From: Escherichia coli
GTDB lineage: Bacteria; Pseudomonadota; Gammaproteobacteria; Enterobacterales; Enterobacteriaceae
NCBI RefSeq assembly: GCF_014522245.1
Contig: NZ_CP058596.1
DNA length: 24,000 bases
Direction: 5' to 3' (one strand)
The translations under genes and the position numbers were made by a program. This document shows, one piece after another, positions 20,947 through 24,000 of the stretch; the stretch's first letter is position 1, and every line of letters starts with the position of its first letter. The notes beneath the pieces are model-generated. The model had not been told where the DNA came from. It did no database searches and worked only from the letters and a program-made list of their open reading frames with translations.

Positions 20947-21210
20947 CTGCAACTGACGGGATGTTTAGTGAGTGTAATTTGTATTTTGCGTGGCATTCCG
21001 TGCCTTTAACGCTGCCGTGAGCACCACGCGGTACAAAACGGATTCATAAATACAACAAATAAATGGTTTATCAGTATGTTAGATATCAATCAATTTATTT
21101 GAACAAGGCGGTCAATTCTCTTCGATTTTATCTCTCGTAAAAAAACGTGATACTCATCACATCGACGAAACAACGTCACTTATACAAAAATCACCTGCGA
21201 GAGATTAATT

Positions 21211-21471
21211 ATGAAAACTATCAATACTGTTGTTGCTGCTATGGCTCTTTCAACTCTGTCATTTGGTGTGTTCGCGGCGGAACCGGTAACGGCATCCCAG
21301 GCACAGAACATGAATAAAATCGGCGTGGTTTCTGCCGATGGCGCATCCACCCTCGATGCCCTGGAAGCGAAACTGGCTGAGAAAGCCGCGGCGGCCGGTG
21401 CCAGTGGATACAGCATCACTTCTGCCACCAACAACAATAAATTAAGCGGTACTGCGGTAATTTATAAGTAA
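21211..21471 (+). CDS. ybiJ: Small secreted DUF1471 (YhcN/BhsA/McbA family) protein
   Basis: 86 aa with signal peptide MKTINTVVAAMALSTLSFGVFA and C-terminus GTAVIYK. It is a paralog of mcbA in this window. Matches E. coli YbiJ. Confidence 0.92.
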   Translation: MKTINTVVAAMALSTLSFGVFAAEPVTASQAQNMNKIGVVSADGASTLDALEAKLAEKAAAAGASGYSITSATNNNKLSGTAVIYK

Positions 21472-21474
21472 TTC

Positions 21475-21598
21475 GTAGGACGGATAAGGCGTTTACGCCG
21501 CATCCGGCAACAGATGCCTGATGCGACGCTACCGCGTCTTATCAGACCTACAAAATCCGAACCGTTGGCTGGATCAGGCGTTTACGCTACGTTCAGCA
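21475..21598. repeat. BIME with two canonical REPs and one degenerate REP
   Basis: The three copies are gtaggacggataaggcgtttacgccgcatccggca (21475-21509), gcctgatgcgacgctaccgcgtcttatcagacctac (21516-21551) and the degenerate ggctggatcaggcgtttacgctacgttcagca (21567-21598). Confidence 0.85.
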
Positions 21599-21671
21599 CA
21601 AGTATTTCCCTGTCTGTTTGCCGACAGACGCATATGCTCTAACCCTCATTGATCCTATGTTACCCTTGTTT

Positions 21672-21698
21672 GCCCGTCCGCCACTGGACGGGCTTTTT

Positions 21699-21700
<2 letters not shown>
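21672..21700 (+). terminator. Intrinsic terminator, plus-strand orientation (ybiJ transcript), abutting the hcxB stop
   Basis: gcccgtcc-gccact-ggacgggc is followed by ttttttt. The T-run overlaps the hcxB stop codon on the minus strand at 21699-21701. Confidence 0.8.
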
Positions 21701-23887
<2,187 letters not shown>

Positions 23888-23914
23888 TTACGACTCCTTA
23901 CCTGACTCACATCA

Positions 23915-24000
23915 TTAACGCCGCCGACGGCGTGGGGATTTCGTTTTTTCTTTCTTTTTAACTATACCTTCAGGGACTTCCGGTTGCTCTATCGGAAATA
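23915..24000 (-). CDS. dinG: 3' end of the ATP-dependent DNA helicase DinG. Partial: it runs off the right edge.
   Basis: Minus-strand translation from the window edge gives FPIEQPEVPEGIVKKKEKTKSPRRRRR*, with the stop at 23915-23917. The basic tail and the position upstream of ybiB fit DinG. Confidence 0.85.
   Translation of the reverse strand, partial: FPIEQPEVPEGIVKKKEKTKSPRRRRR

Noticed and set aside
20591-20956. 121 aa plus-strand ORF overlapping ybiI in another frame
   Set aside because: The ybiI frame has a strong Shine-Dalgarno and a conserved C4 zinc-finger motif. The alternative frame has neither.

Overview
This window is ordinary Escherichia coli (or Shigella) core chromosome: the ybiW-to-dinG segment (K-12 b0823 down to b0799, about 0.83-0.86 Mb), given in reverse orientation relative to MG1655. 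I recognise every long ORF. In order they are ybiW' (glycyl-radical enzyme C-terminus), ybiV, ybiT, ldtB(ybiS), ybiR, mntR, mntS (42 aa, too short for the ORF track), opgE(ybiP), ompX, rhtA, dps, glnHPQ, ybiO, rlmF, mcbA(ybiM), fiu, ybiX, ybiI, ybiJ, hcxB(ybiC), ybiB and dinG'. The spacers hold classic regulatory sites: an MntR operator, a Fur box, the sigma-54/NtrC/IHF glnHp2 architecture, and the dps promoter with OxyR-type repeats. They also hold intrinsic terminators, three REP/BIME clusters and one GC-rich palindromic repeat. I found no IS element, prophage, integrase, CRISPR array, toxin-antitoxin pair, defence gene or unexplained ORF, and I do not think the window contains a novel system. 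The two points most worth checking are structural differences from my recollection of K-12. First, ybiU (b0821) is absent between ybiV and ybiT, replaced by a roughly 200 bp REP-containing spacer. Second, a 174 bp REP-containing segment bounded by 11 bp direct repeats sits inside the fiu-ybiX terminator. The other findings are low-interest notes on operon architecture and on poorly characterised genes (ybiR, ybiI, ybiX, the DUF1471 paralogs). All homology calls come from reading the translations, since no database search was possible.
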